Assembly: GCA_007378985.1 (NCBI GenBank)
Contig: VMHB01000001.1
Location: 192,252-256,251, forward strand
Reading direction: 5' to 3'
DNA: 64,000 bases
Source: Parcubacteria group bacterium Greene0714_7
GTDB taxonomy: Bacteria > Patescibacteriota > Minisyncoccia > Phycocordibacterales > Phycocordibacteraceae
This document shows, piece by piece, positions 1-8,500 of the stretch. Both the position numbers and the translations under genes were made by a program. The notes under the pieces were generated by a model. The model did not search any database and had not been told where the DNA came from. It saw only the letters and a program-made list of their open reading frames with translations. Every line of letters starts with the position of its first letter. The stretch's first letter is position 1.

Positions 1-2
1 AC

Positions 3-995
3 ATGCGTCATCGTCCAGTAGGTTTGGGTGTAGGCGGATTCCAAGATGCTTTGTACCAACTCAACATTGATTTCGCATCTGAGGCATGTGTGCAGTTTGC
101 TGATGAAAGTATGGAAATTCTTTCCTACTACTCAATCCTCGCTTCTACTGATTTGGCTCGAGAAAGGGGGGCCTATGAATCTTTTGTTGGTTCAAAATGG
201 GATCGAGGGCTTTTGCCAGTAGATACTATTCGACTTCTTGAGGATGAGAGGGGTGAAACTATTGATGTTGCTCGTGACACAAGACTTGATTGGAATGCTG
301 TACGTGACGCGATAAAGAAATACGGTATGCGCAATTCTAACTGTATGGCAATTGCTCCAACTGCTTCAACTTCAAATATTGTTTCAGTAGTGCCATCCGT
401 TGAACCTGTCTACAAAAATATTTATGTTGAGTCCAACATCAGCGGAGACTTTACTGTAGTAAATCCTTACCTTGTTGAAGACTTAAAGAAATTAAATCTC
501 TGGAACGATGCGATGTTGAACGAGCTTAAATATCAAGATGGTTCACTAGGAAAAATTGCTGGTATTCCGCAAGCTCTCAAGGATAAATATAAAGAAACAT
601 TTGAAATAGATATGCGTTGGATAATCAAAGCAGCTGCGTATCGTGGAAAGTGGATTGACCAATCACAGTCATTGAACATTTTCTTCCGTGGTTCATCAGG
701 TAAGGAGCTTTCTGAAATCTACTTCTACGCATGGGAGATGGGCTTGAAAACAACGTATTATCTTCGTTCGCTTGCCGCAACACAGGTTGAAAAATCAACA
801 GTCTCAACTAAAGAATTTGGTTCCACTCATACTCGTGATCAAAATGCTGGTGTAGATGCTAATGATGCTATGTCTATGACTAAGCCTGCTTCAACGGTGA
901 CTCCCGCACAAGCACCTGTTGCTGCTCTCGAGACAGCCCCACGAACCTATGTGTTACATCGAGCTCTTGCTGCTGCGTGTGAGTCGTGTGAGTAA
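3..995 (+). CDS. nrdA: Class I ribonucleotide reductase alpha subunit, C-terminal part (5' end lies outside the window)
   Basis: The translation has class I RNR alpha C-terminal motifs (NCMAIAPTASTS, YYLRSLAA) and a C-terminal CESCE Cys pair. nrdB follows immediately. Confidence 0.85.
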   Translation: MRHRPVGLGVGGFQDALYQLNIDFASEACVQFADESMEILSYYSILASTDLARERGAYESFVGSKWDRGLLPVDTIRLLEDERGETIDVARDTRLDWNAVRDAIKKYGMRNSNCMAIAPTASTSNIVSVVPSVEPVYKNIYVESNISGDFTVVNPYLVEDLKKLNLWNDAMLNELKYQDGSLGKIAGIPQALKDKYKETFEIDMRWIIKAAAYRGKWIDQSQSLNIFFRGSSGKELSEIYFYAWEMGLKTTYYLRSLAATQVEKSTVSTKEFGSTHTRDQNAGVDANDAMSMTKPASTVTPAQAPVAALETAPRTYVLHRALAAACESCE

Positions 996-1033
996 GTAAA
1001 TTGTTATGAGCGAAGCGAATTACAAGTTACTTA

Positions 1034-1083
1034 CCCTGTTAAATAGCCGTCAGACGGCTCCTGGTAGCCAGGATTTAACAGGG
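1034..1083 (+). other. 50-nt perfectly nested three-way-junction element in the nrdA-nrdB spacer
   Basis: The outer 11-bp stem is CCCTGTTAAAT/ATTTAACAGGG. It encloses two hairpins, AGCCG-TCAGA-CGGCT and CCTGG-TAG-CCAGG, with no unpaired junction nucleotides. Confidence 0.5.
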
Positions 1084-1128
1084 TGTAAGGTTTTCTGAAC
1101 TCATTATTATTCGTTAACAAAACCTAAC

Positions 1129-2163
1129 ATGGCAATCCAGAGAAACGCAAAGCCCGTCGATATTAACCAGCGCCGTGTCATTAACGGTCTTGAAGCTGAT
1201 GTTATTCAGCTTTACCCAATGAAGCATAAGTTTGCGTGGGAGTACTACAACGCAGCAAACTCAAACCACTGGCTACCAACAGAAATTTCCATGCAGCTCG
1301 ACATTGAGCAGTGGAAATCACCAACTGCACTCTCGCAAGATGAACGACATGCCTTTGAAACCATTCTTGGATTTTTCACAACCGCTGATTCAATCGCCGC
1401 AAACAATATTGTCATCGGTTTCTACAAGCATGTGACCTCGCCTGAGATTCGTATGTACTTGCTTCGTCAGGCCTACGAAGAGGCGATTCATACCCATGCA
1501 TATCAATATATTGTTGAGTCTTTGGGAATGGATGAGTCAAAAATATTCAACATGTATCGTGAGGTTGATGCTCTCTACAACAAGGAAGCATTCATCCTTT
1601 CCTTCAATGAAGGTGTCTTTGATCCAGCATTTAAAACAGGAACGTTTGAAGCCGATCAAAAATTCTTGGAAAACTGGGCAGTATTTTCACTCATCTTGGA
1701 AGGTATCTTTTTCTATTCGTCATTTGCAGTTATGTTTGGTTTCCAACGCCAGCACAAGCTCACTGGCTCTGCAGAGCAAATTCAGTACATCATGCGTGAT
1801 GAATCAATGCACTTGAACTTCGGTCTTGAAATCATCAATGCAATTCGCGAAGAAAATCCAGAGCTCTGGACACAGAAGTTTCAAGATCGCATCATCGAGC
1901 TTGTACATCAAGCTGTGAAACTTGAATATGAGTATGCACGGGATGTGTTTCCAACAGGAATCTTTGGACTTAACGCTGATGGATTCAAGGAATACATTCA
2001 GTTTATTGCGGACAGGCGACTTGAGCGTGTAGGACTCCCTGCGCAGTTCCACTCACAAAATCCGTTCCCATGGATGAGTGAAGCTATCGACCTTGCTAAG
2101 AAAAAGAACTTCTTCGAGACTAGAGTTACTGAATACAAAACAGGTGGGGCTCTCAATTGGTAA
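1129..2163 (+). CDS. nrdB: Class I ribonucleotide reductase beta subunit (di-iron/tyrosyl radical)
   Basis: Ferritin-like RNR small subunit signature (EEAIHTHAY, MRDESMHLNFG). It sits directly downstream of nrdA. Confidence 0.85.
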   Translation: MAIQRNAKPVDINQRRVINGLEADVIQLYPMKHKFAWEYYNAANSNHWLPTEISMQLDIEQWKSPTALSQDERHAFETILGFFTTADSIAANNIVIGFYKHVTSPEIRMYLLRQAYEEAIHTHAYQYIVESLGMDESKIFNMYREVDALYNKEAFILSFNEGVFDPAFKTGTFEADQKFLENWAVFSLILEGIFFYSSFAVMFGFQRQHKLTGSAEQIQYIMRDESMHLNFGLEIINAIREENPELWTQKFQDRIIELVHQAVKLEYEYARDVFPTGIFGLNADGFKEYIQFIADRRLERVGLPAQFHSQNPFPWMSEAIDLAKKKNFFETRVTEYKTGGALNW

Positions 2164-2193
2164 AGGGTCGCTCAGTTCCAGCATTGGAGAAAC

Positions 2194-2222
2194 AAAAAGC
2201 CCCTCCTGCGGGGGCTTTTTTC
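2194..2222 (+). terminator. Rho-independent terminator after nrdB
   Basis: GC hairpin AGCCCC-TCCTGCG-GGGGCT followed by a T6 run. Confidence 0.7.
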
Positions 2223-2368
2223 GTCCTCAACTGGATTCTGCCTGAGGCAGGCAGACCAAGCAATCCAGTTTGCGAATGTTCTCCAATGCAGGAGCCTCGC
2301 TTAAATGGAAAAGAGTGCTGGTTTCTGCGTTCATTGACAAAATAGTTTATCTGTTGTACTATTAATCT

Positions 2369-2563
2369 ATGGCTATGGAAAAAACCTGTTCTGCTTGCTA
2401 CGGTGCTGGTGGAAAAAAATGCGGGCCGTGCAATGGCATGGGTAGAATTGGAGGTAATCCTTTTTATCGTGGAACTTCGAGTGACCTCTCGCCGTGCTCC
2501 AACTGCCATGGAGTAGGGCGAATTGGTCTTTGTTCATTGTGTGGTAAAAAAGCGAGTCCATAA
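2369..2563 (+). CDS. Small DnaJ-type zinc-finger protein (four CxxCxGxG-like motifs), 64 aa
   Basis: The motifs CSACYGAG, CGPCNGMG, CSNCHGVG and CSLCGK match the DnaJ cysteine-rich repeat pattern. It is a stand-alone small ORF. Confidence 0.5.
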   Translation: MAMEKTCSACYGAGGKKCGPCNGMGRIGGNPFYRGTSSDLSPCSNCHGVGRIGLCSLCGKKASP

Positions 2564-2572
2564 GATTGATTC

Positions 2573-2791
2573 TTGATTGTTATTCGAAAATTTGACAGGA
2601 AATTGTCGTATGTTTTTATGTTCTATATGCATATAAAAACGCCAGAAGTTAGGCATCTTTTCCCAGTACATGAATATCATCACGGCGCTGTGTTTAAAGA
2701 GCGTGGTGTGCTTATGCGTTACTGTGCTTTTTGTAAAATAAAAATGGCAGATGTGCTGTGGCGAGAGCACCTAAAAGAAATGAAGCATTAA
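2573..2791 (+). CDS. Hypothetical small protein with a C-x2-C...H-x5-H zinc-finger-like tail
   Basis: An ORF of up to 72 aa followed by a perfect palindromic terminator. No family could be recognised. Confidence 0.25.
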   Translation: MIVIRKFDRKLSYVFMFYMHIKTPEVRHLFPVHEYHHGAVFKERGVLMRYCAFCKIKMADVLWREHLKEMKH

Positions 2792-2821
2792 TTATGAAGA
2801 TTGTGGATGAAAACAGGGTCT

Positions 2822-2847
2822 AAAAACTCTCATGCATGAGAGTTTTT
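2822..2847. terminator. 26-bp perfect palindrome hairpin with A-run and T-run flanks (possible bidirectional terminator)
   Basis: AAAAACTCTCATG/CATGAGAGTTTTT. Confidence 0.6.
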
Positions 2848-2895
2848 GTTTATATGTCCCTAGCTCCTAAGCGTTAAACGCTATACACTGTTTAA

Positions 2896-4362
2896 ATGCT
2901 GGGATTTTTGAAAAAATCGACTGAACGATTACCTCTCTTTCTCTACAACACACTCTCTAAAACAAAAGAGGAATTTAAGACAATAAGTGGCAAAAAGGTA
3001 AAGATGTATACCTGTGGTCCCACGGTGTATGACTATGCACATATTGGAAATCTACGTGCCTACGTATTTGCTGATACGCTTCGGCGAACACTTGAATACG
3101 CTGGTCTCTCAGTGAAGCAGGTGATTAACATCACTGATGTTGGGCATCTGGCGCAGGATTCCGATGATGGAGAAGATAAGATGACCAATGCATTGAAGCG
3201 TGAAGGCAAAGAACTCACCATTCCGAACATGAAGCTTTTAGGAGAAAGCTACACTTCGCTTTTTATAGAAGACTTGAAGGCGCTCAATGTTGAAATGCCA
3301 TTCGTATTTCCACGAGCTACCGCACATATTCACGAGCAAATTGCATTTATTTCTTCGCTCTTTCAGAAAGGATATGCGTATAAAACCTCAGACGGCATAT
3401 ATTTTGATACAGCCAAGTTTCCGTCCTATGGTGCACTCGGTGTGTCTGACGGAGGACAGGCTTTGCCTTCTTTAGGTCAAGCACGCATAGTGGCAAACCC
3501 CGAAAAGCACGACCAGCGAGACTTCGCACTTTGGAAGTTTGATAGCTCTCTTGGTTTCGAAGCGCCGTGGGGAAAAGGGTTCCCCGGGTGGCACATTGAA
3601 TGTACTGCCATGGCAACCAAGTATCTTGGAAAAAGTTTTGATATACATACTGGTGGCGTTGATCACATTGCCATTCATCACAATAATGAAATTGCACAAG
3701 CAGAAGCAGTGTCGGGTAAAAGATTCGTGAACTATTGGATGCACGGGGAATTTATTACCATTGAAGGAAAACGCATTGGAAAGTCAGAAGGAAATGCGAT
3801 TCGCTTATATCAACTTCGTGAACGTAATGTAAGTCCAACTGCATATAGGTATTTATTGCTCACTGCTCATTACCGTTCGCTTTTGAATTTCACATGGGAA
3901 GCTGTACTTGGAGCGCAAACTGCACTTCAGAGGGCTCAACGCATGTTTGCGGATTTTCCAGCGGGTGGACATATTGCAACTCTCTATCGCACAAAGTTTG
4001 GGACGGCGATTAATGATGATTTGAATATACCAATCGCAATTGCGGTGATGTGGGAGCTTTTGAAAGATGATTCGGTTACACCTGCCGATAAGCGGGCGAC
4101 AATTCTCGATTTTGATCGTGTATTTGGGTTAGGCTTTGGTACAGGATCGCTTTCTGAGAGCTCTAAAGTTTCGGTCACTGCGTTATCTGATGTACCGACG
4201 GAGGTAGCGTCTTTGGTTAAAGAGCGTGAAGAGGCCAGGGGATCTAAGGATTGGGCACGCGCTGATGCACTAAGGCTTTCCATTGAAGAGCAAGGGTTTA
4301 CAGTTGAAGATGCCCCAGAAGGGCCGATCGTGCATAAAACGTCCGAAGGGTTTAAGGGATAG
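2896..4362 (+). CDS. cysS: Cysteinyl-tRNA synthetase
   Basis: Class I aaRS HIGN motif (AHIGNLRAY), a CysRS-like catalytic core and an anticodon-binding C-terminus. Confidence 0.9.
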   Translation: MLGFLKKSTERLPLFLYNTLSKTKEEFKTISGKKVKMYTCGPTVYDYAHIGNLRAYVFADTLRRTLEYAGLSVKQVINITDVGHLAQDSDDGEDKMTNALKREGKELTIPNMKLLGESYTSLFIEDLKALNVEMPFVFPRATAHIHEQIAFISSLFQKGYAYKTSDGIYFDTAKFPSYGALGVSDGGQALPSLGQARIVANPEKHDQRDFALWKFDSSLGFEAPWGKGFPGWHIECTAMATKYLGKSFDIHTGGVDHIAIHHNNEIAQAEAVSGKRFVNYWMHGEFITIEGKRIGKSEGNAIRLYQLRERNVSPTAYRYLLLTAHYRSLLNFTWEAVLGAQTALQRAQRMFADFPAGGHIATLYRTKFGTAINDDLNIPIAIAVMWELLKDDSVTPADKRATILDFDRVFGLGFGTGSLSESSKVSVTALSDVPTEVASLVKEREEARGSKDWARADALRLSIEEQGFTVEDAPEGPIVHKTSEGFKG

Positions 4363-4465
4363 TAGGTAGCCGCACAGGTGTTGAATTTTGTAGTTTTTTC
4401 CCTAAAACCTAGTCCCTAGCACCTACCTCTGTGGTATCCTGTTTTTATTAACTAAGCATTTTTTT

Positions 4466-4993
4466 ATGAACAGTAAAAACATCAACGTTATCATCATATT
4501 GGCAATTGCAGTTGTTGCTATTTTCATCGGACTTGGATTCTTTGGTTTCGGTGGACTTGGTACTACAGGTGCTCCAAAAACTGAACAAAATGGCGCGCAA
4601 GCAATTCTTGCTGAAATTCAACAGACAGGAACAGTTGCAGATCTTCGAGTTCAAGAAATTACTGACGGGGCCGGCGAAGTAGTTGCCCCCGGAGATACGC
4701 TCACCGTTCAATACATTGGCGTTTTACCTGATGGTACAGTTTTTGATTCAACTGATGCACATGGTGGTACGCCCTTCGTATTTACTATTGGAGCTGGAAA
4801 GGTTATTCAGGGGTGGGAAAGAGGTCTTCTTGGTATGAGAGAAGGGGGCCGTCGCTTACTTGCAGTGCCACCGGCGTTAGGATACGGCGCACAGGCAAAT
4901 GGTGTGATTCCTGCAAATTCCACGTTGATATTTGATGTGCAACTTTTGAAACGGGTTCCCGCAGGCACTCCTGTCGCACCAGCGATTCCATAA
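4466..4993 (+). CDS. FKBP-type peptidyl-prolyl cis-trans isomerase with an N-terminal transmembrane anchor
   Basis: FKBP domain (VQYIGVLPDGTVFDST...GWERGLLGMREGGRRLLAVPPALGYG) after an N-terminal hydrophobic helix. Confidence 0.85.
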   Translation: MNSKNINVIIILAIAVVAIFIGLGFFGFGGLGTTGAPKTEQNGAQAILAEIQQTGTVADLRVQEITDGAGEVVAPGDTLTVQYIGVLPDGTVFDSTDAHGGTPFVFTIGAGKVIQGWERGLLGMREGGRRLLAVPPALGYGAQANGVIPANSTLIFDVQLLKRVPAGTPVAPAIP

Positions 4994-6235
4994 GTGGTAA
5001 TGTCTGTAGGTCCTTTCTCGTTTAAGATAGAGCACGCGCTTCGAATTGGAGCGCGTGTTGGCATTGTAGAGACTCCCCATGGTTCGTTTGAAACTCCTGC
5101 GTTTGTGGTGGTGGGGACAAAAGCAACAGTGAAATCTGTGTTGCCTGATGATTTGCGTATGCATGCCGGTGTGGATGTTGCTCTTGCAAACACGTATCAT
5201 CTTTTTCTTCAGCCAGGCGAAGATATTGTAGCGTCCGCTGGAGGTCTGCATGCGTTTATGGGTTTCGATGGGCCACTCTTCACTGATTCGGGAGGGTTTC
5301 AAGTTTTTTCGTTGGGTGTAGGTTTTGGAAAAGGTGTTTCAAAACTTGTTCCACGTAAGGATGACGTGGAACCTACGAGCTCCCACATGCCGACAGTGTT
5401 TGATGAAGATGTTCGTTCACAACATGGGAAGCTGGCCATTGTTGATGATGAGGGAGTTTCCTTTACTTCCCACATTGATGGAACGCTCTATCGATTTACA
5501 CCTGAGCGATCAGTCGAAATTCAACACAAGCTCGGGGCTGATATCTTTTTTGCATTTGATGATTTTGTTTTACCGGACGCTCCTCGCGAAGAGCAAATAG
5601 CTTCAATGCGTCGAACGCATGCATGGGCAGAGCGATCTCTCGCGACGCATCGCGCAAATCTTGAAGCGAGAAAACGGCAAGCGATTTTTGGCATTGTGCA
5701 GGGTGGGCGATATGCTGATTTACGTGCAGAGAGTGCGAAGATAATTGGGGAAATGGAGTTTGACGGTTTTGGTATTGGTGGAACTTTTTCTAAGGCGGAT
5801 TTAGGAGAAACTCTTCGTGTTGCCATAGATAATCTTCCATTCCTAAAGCCCCGACATCTTTTGGGTATCGGAGAACCTGAGGATATTTTTGAAGCGGTGT
5901 CACAGGGTATAGATACTTTCGATTGTGTACAGCCAACACGGCTTGCACGAACTGGAATGATTTATACGGCTCGAGGCAAGGTTAATCTTTTGAATGAAAG
6001 ATACATTCGTGACTTCTCACTACTCGATGTAGAAACAGGAGGGTATGCTTCAGAGCACTTCTCAAAGGCGTATGTTGCACATCTCTTTCGTGCAAAAGAA
6101 ATGCTTGGCGCTACAATAGCCTCAATTCATAATTTATATTTTCTCACTTCTTTGATGAAAAATATCCGCAATTCAATCCTTGAAGATAGGTTTGATGCCT
6201 TTCGAGAAGATTTTCTAAAAAAATATCTGGCGTAA
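4994..6235 (+). CDS. tgt: Queuine tRNA-ribosyltransferase
   Basis: TGT family N-terminus (ETPHGSFETPAFVVVGTKATVK) and a TIM barrel with an insertion. 413 aa. Confidence 0.85.
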   Translation: MVMSVGPFSFKIEHALRIGARVGIVETPHGSFETPAFVVVGTKATVKSVLPDDLRMHAGVDVALANTYHLFLQPGEDIVASAGGLHAFMGFDGPLFTDSGGFQVFSLGVGFGKGVSKLVPRKDDVEPTSSHMPTVFDEDVRSQHGKLAIVDDEGVSFTSHIDGTLYRFTPERSVEIQHKLGADIFFAFDDFVLPDAPREEQIASMRRTHAWAERSLATHRANLEARKRQAIFGIVQGGRYADLRAESAKIIGEMEFDGFGIGGTFSKADLGETLRVAIDNLPFLKPRHLLGIGEPEDIFEAVSQGIDTFDCVQPTRLARTGMIYTARGKVNLLNERYIRDFSLLDVETGGYASEHFSKAYVAHLFRAKEMLGATIASIHNLYFLTSLMKNIRNSILEDRFDAFREDFLKKYLA

Positions 6236-6321
6236 TTTCTAAATTTCTACTCCTCTCGAATTTCTAACTCTTAGAAAGAACTGTGTGAGAAAATTTTTCC
6301 GCAATACCTTTATAAACTCAT

Positions 6322-6357
6322 CCTCTAAACACTATCATATATGATAGTGTTTAGAGG
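6322..6357. promoter_or_regulatory. 36-bp perfect palindrome (operator-like) ending at the start codon of the TrpR-like gene
   Basis: CCTCTAAACACTATCATATATGATAGTGTTTAGAGG. A TATAAA box lies about 6 nt upstream. Confidence 0.6.
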
Positions 6358-6786
6358 ATGAAGGTTAAACCAAAAAAACTCACAAAAGATCAAATTATTG
6401 AAACTCTTGATGCTTTATATACAGCGGCAGGGTCACTACGAGGGCGTGCCACTATGAAATTATTTCTTCGCGATCTTCTGACCGAAGGAGAGAGGGTGAT
6501 GCTTGGTAGACGCATTCTGATTGCAAGACATCTTTTACGGGGTGAAAGCTATATCAGTATTCAACGTACTCTTGGCACAAGTCCTGTAACAATACGAAAT
6601 GTAGAGAAATGGTTAGACGATCAAATGCCGGGGTACGAGACAGCGATTAAGGGTATGCAAGCAACTTTTGCAAAGCGAAAACAAAAAAGCGCATCCATTG
6701 GCACATTTGCTTACTTAAAGAAGCGTTACCCGTTGCACTTTCTCCTCTTTCCGTGGCCAAAAGGGTATCGTACGGAAGATCAGTAA
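6358..6786 (+). CDS. TrpR-like DNA-binding protein (YerC/YecD family), paralog 1
   Basis: Conserved family segment LYTAAGSLRGRATMKLFLRDLLTEGERVMLGRR. It is paralogous to the ORF at 52390-52782. Confidence 0.8.
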   Translation: MKVKPKKLTKDQIIETLDALYTAAGSLRGRATMKLFLRDLLTEGERVMLGRRILIARHLLRGESYISIQRTLGTSPVTIRNVEKWLDDQMPGYETAIKGMQATFAKRKQKSASIGTFAYLKKRYPLHFLLFPWPKGYRTEDQ

Positions 6787-6793
6787 TATAAAC

Positions 6794-6813
6794 CACTATC
6801 ATATATGATAGTG
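6794..6813. promoter_or_regulatory. 20-bp perfect palindrome with the same core as the upstream operator, between the TrpR-like gene and rarA
   Basis: CACTATCATATATGATAGTG. Confidence 0.5.
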
Positions 6814-6882
6814 ATAATGAACACAGAGTAGAAGTTTGTTAAGTATGTGGAAGGGGTGTATGTGTCGCACATAAAAGATACA

Positions 6883-8022
6883 ATGATACACATGGAACCT
6901 TTGGCAGCAAAAATCAGACCAAAAAATCTTGATGAATTCATTGGGCAGGAGCATTTAGTAGGAGCTGGAAAACCTTTCCGTGTTGCCATAGAAGGTAAAC
7001 ACCGATTTTCTTTTGTGCTCTGGGGACCACCAGGGGTAGGAAAGACAACTTTGGCACGCATTTATGCAGACTCATTAGACGCTACTTTTTTTGAACTTTC
7101 GGCTGTTGCGGTTGGAAAAGAAGATATTAGGAAAGTAATAGCTACTGACACAGGCGGAAAACCAAAAGTTTTATTTCTTGACGAGATTCATAGATTTAAT
7201 AAAGCTCAGCAAGATTTTCTTCTTCCTTTTGTAGAGAAAGGCGACCTAACATTAATTGGAGCAACTACTGAAAATCCTAGTTTTGAAGTTATTCCTGCTC
7301 TTTTGTCTCGCGCTCGGGTATTTGTATTGCAGTCCATATCGGCAGAAAATATGGAAAAGATAATTGGGCGCACTGGCATGAAGATTGATTCAGAAGCGAT
7401 TGAGTGGGTCGTTGCCTATGCGAACGGTGATGCTCGAGCTGGAATCACTATAATTGAGAATGCTGAGCGTTTGTATGGAGAGGTAACTCAAAAGACACTA
7501 CAAGAATCACTCCAATCAGGGCGTCTTCGTTATGACAAAAAAGGTGAGGAGCACTACGATACTATTTCCGCATTTATAAAAAGTATGCGCGCAAGTCAGC
7601 CTGACGCCGCGATGTATTATCTTGCCCGTATGCTTGAAGGTGGAGAAGATCCCGTGTTCATTGCACGGCGTATGGTGATTTTTGCAAGTGAGGATATCGG
7701 GCTCGCACAGCCAACAGCACTAGTGGTAGCAAATGCGGTGTTTGATGCTGTTCGCTCAATAGGAATGCCTGAGGCTGGAATAAATCTTGCTCATGGTGTT
7801 GCCTATCTCTCGAACTCAAAAAAAGACCGATCAGCCTATGATGCACTCCGAGGAGCTCAGGCGGATGTTCAGACAACAGGTAATCTGCCTATCCCTATGA
7901 ATGTGCGTAATGCACCAACAAAGCTTATGAAGGAGTTGGGATACGGCAAGGATTATACAAAATATGACACAGAGAGTTATTTGCCTGAAAAGTTAAAAAA
8001 GAAGAAATATTTTGATTCTTGA
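6883..8022 (+). CDS. rarA: Recombination factor RarA/MgsA (AAA+ ATPase)
   Basis: Walker A (GPPGVGKTT), AAA+ core and a MgsA C-terminal domain. The start is taken at an internal Met of the ORF-track call. Confidence 0.85.
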   Translation: MIHMEPLAAKIRPKNLDEFIGQEHLVGAGKPFRVAIEGKHRFSFVLWGPPGVGKTTLARIYADSLDATFFELSAVAVGKEDIRKVIATDTGGKPKVLFLDEIHRFNKAQQDFLLPFVEKGDLTLIGATTENPSFEVIPALLSRARVFVLQSISAENMEKIIGRTGMKIDSEAIEWVVAYANGDARAGITIIENAERLYGEVTQKTLQESLQSGRLRYDKKGEEHYDTISAFIKSMRASQPDAAMYYLARMLEGGEDPVFIARRMVIFASEDIGLAQPTALVVANAVFDAVRSIGMPEAGINLAHGVAYLSNSKKDRSAYDALRGAQADVQTTGNLPIPMNVRNAPTKLMKELGYGKDYTKYDTESYLPEKLKKKKYFDS

Positions 8023-8137
8023 CAGAATTTTTGAAAAGAGTATTTTGGATATATGGCAACTGTAGCTCAGAGCTTTGGCCTTCTTCTCGTCGTCAGCCTA
8101 CGCTAACGGAGGGAATTTGAGTTATATACAAAACAAA

Positions 8138-8163
8138 CCCCTCCCTAAAACGGAGGGGTTTTT
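8138..8163 (+). terminator. Rho-independent terminator downstream of rarA
   Basis: CCCCTCC-CTAAAAC-GGAGGGG followed by TTTTT. Confidence 0.7.
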
Positions 8164-8392
8164 AAAAATAAATATCATGAGTATAGATAATGGGGAGAGG
8201 AGTCATCGCAGATTTTTAGGTTCACGACAGCATGTTGAACGCAAAACTGTACATCCTGGATGTTTTTGTCAAATGAAACTTTCATCTGAAAATTCTACCC
8301 CTACGCATAAGCGTTATGTGTGTATTTTTGAAGGATGTAATGAGGGTAGGTGGGAGCGGAAAATATAATTTTGAGTTTTTTGTTATAGTGCC

Positions 8393-8500
8393 ATGATGAG
8401 CGGATTTAAACTTAAATCAGAATATAGTCCTGCAGGGGACCCCAGTACCAGACGCTCTTGCGTCGGTACGGGGCAGGTCATCCTTCATATAAAAACATGA
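8393..8500 (+). other. 35-codon upstream ORF that repeats the UvrB N-terminus and contains hairpin module A. Its TGA overlaps the uvrB ATG (ATGA).
   Basis: The uORF begins MMSGFKLKSEYSPAGD. The real UvrB begins MSGFNLKSDYKPAGD. Most codons differ only at synonymous positions. Confidence 0.45.
8438..8477 (+). repeat. GC-rich hairpin module A of the GACCCCAGT...ACGGGGCAGG family
   Basis: GACCCCAGTACCAGACGCTCTTGCGTCGGTACGGGGCAGG. The outer stem is CCCC(A)GTACC/GGTACGGGG and the inner stem is GACGC-TCTT-GCGTC. Confidence 0.6.

Noticed and set aside
4377-4440. Inverted AGGTAG...CTACCT segments upstream of the FKBP gene as another palindromic operator
   Set aside because: The arms are short (6-7 bp) and imperfect with a long spacer, so they are not distinguishable from chance in AT-rich leader DNA.
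8075-8368. 97-aa ORF in the rarA-uvrB spacer
   Set aside because: It overlaps the rarA rho-independent terminator, has no RBS or promoter context and is low complexity. It is probably non-coding, though the 370-nt spacer could still encode an sRNA.
8438-8477. Known small self-cleaving ribozymes (hammerhead, twister, pistol, hatchet) or a group I intron as the identity of the GC hairpins
   Set aside because: No hammerhead CUGAUGA/GAAA cores or other recognisable ribozyme consensus. The elements are only about 40 nt, far too small for group I or II introns.
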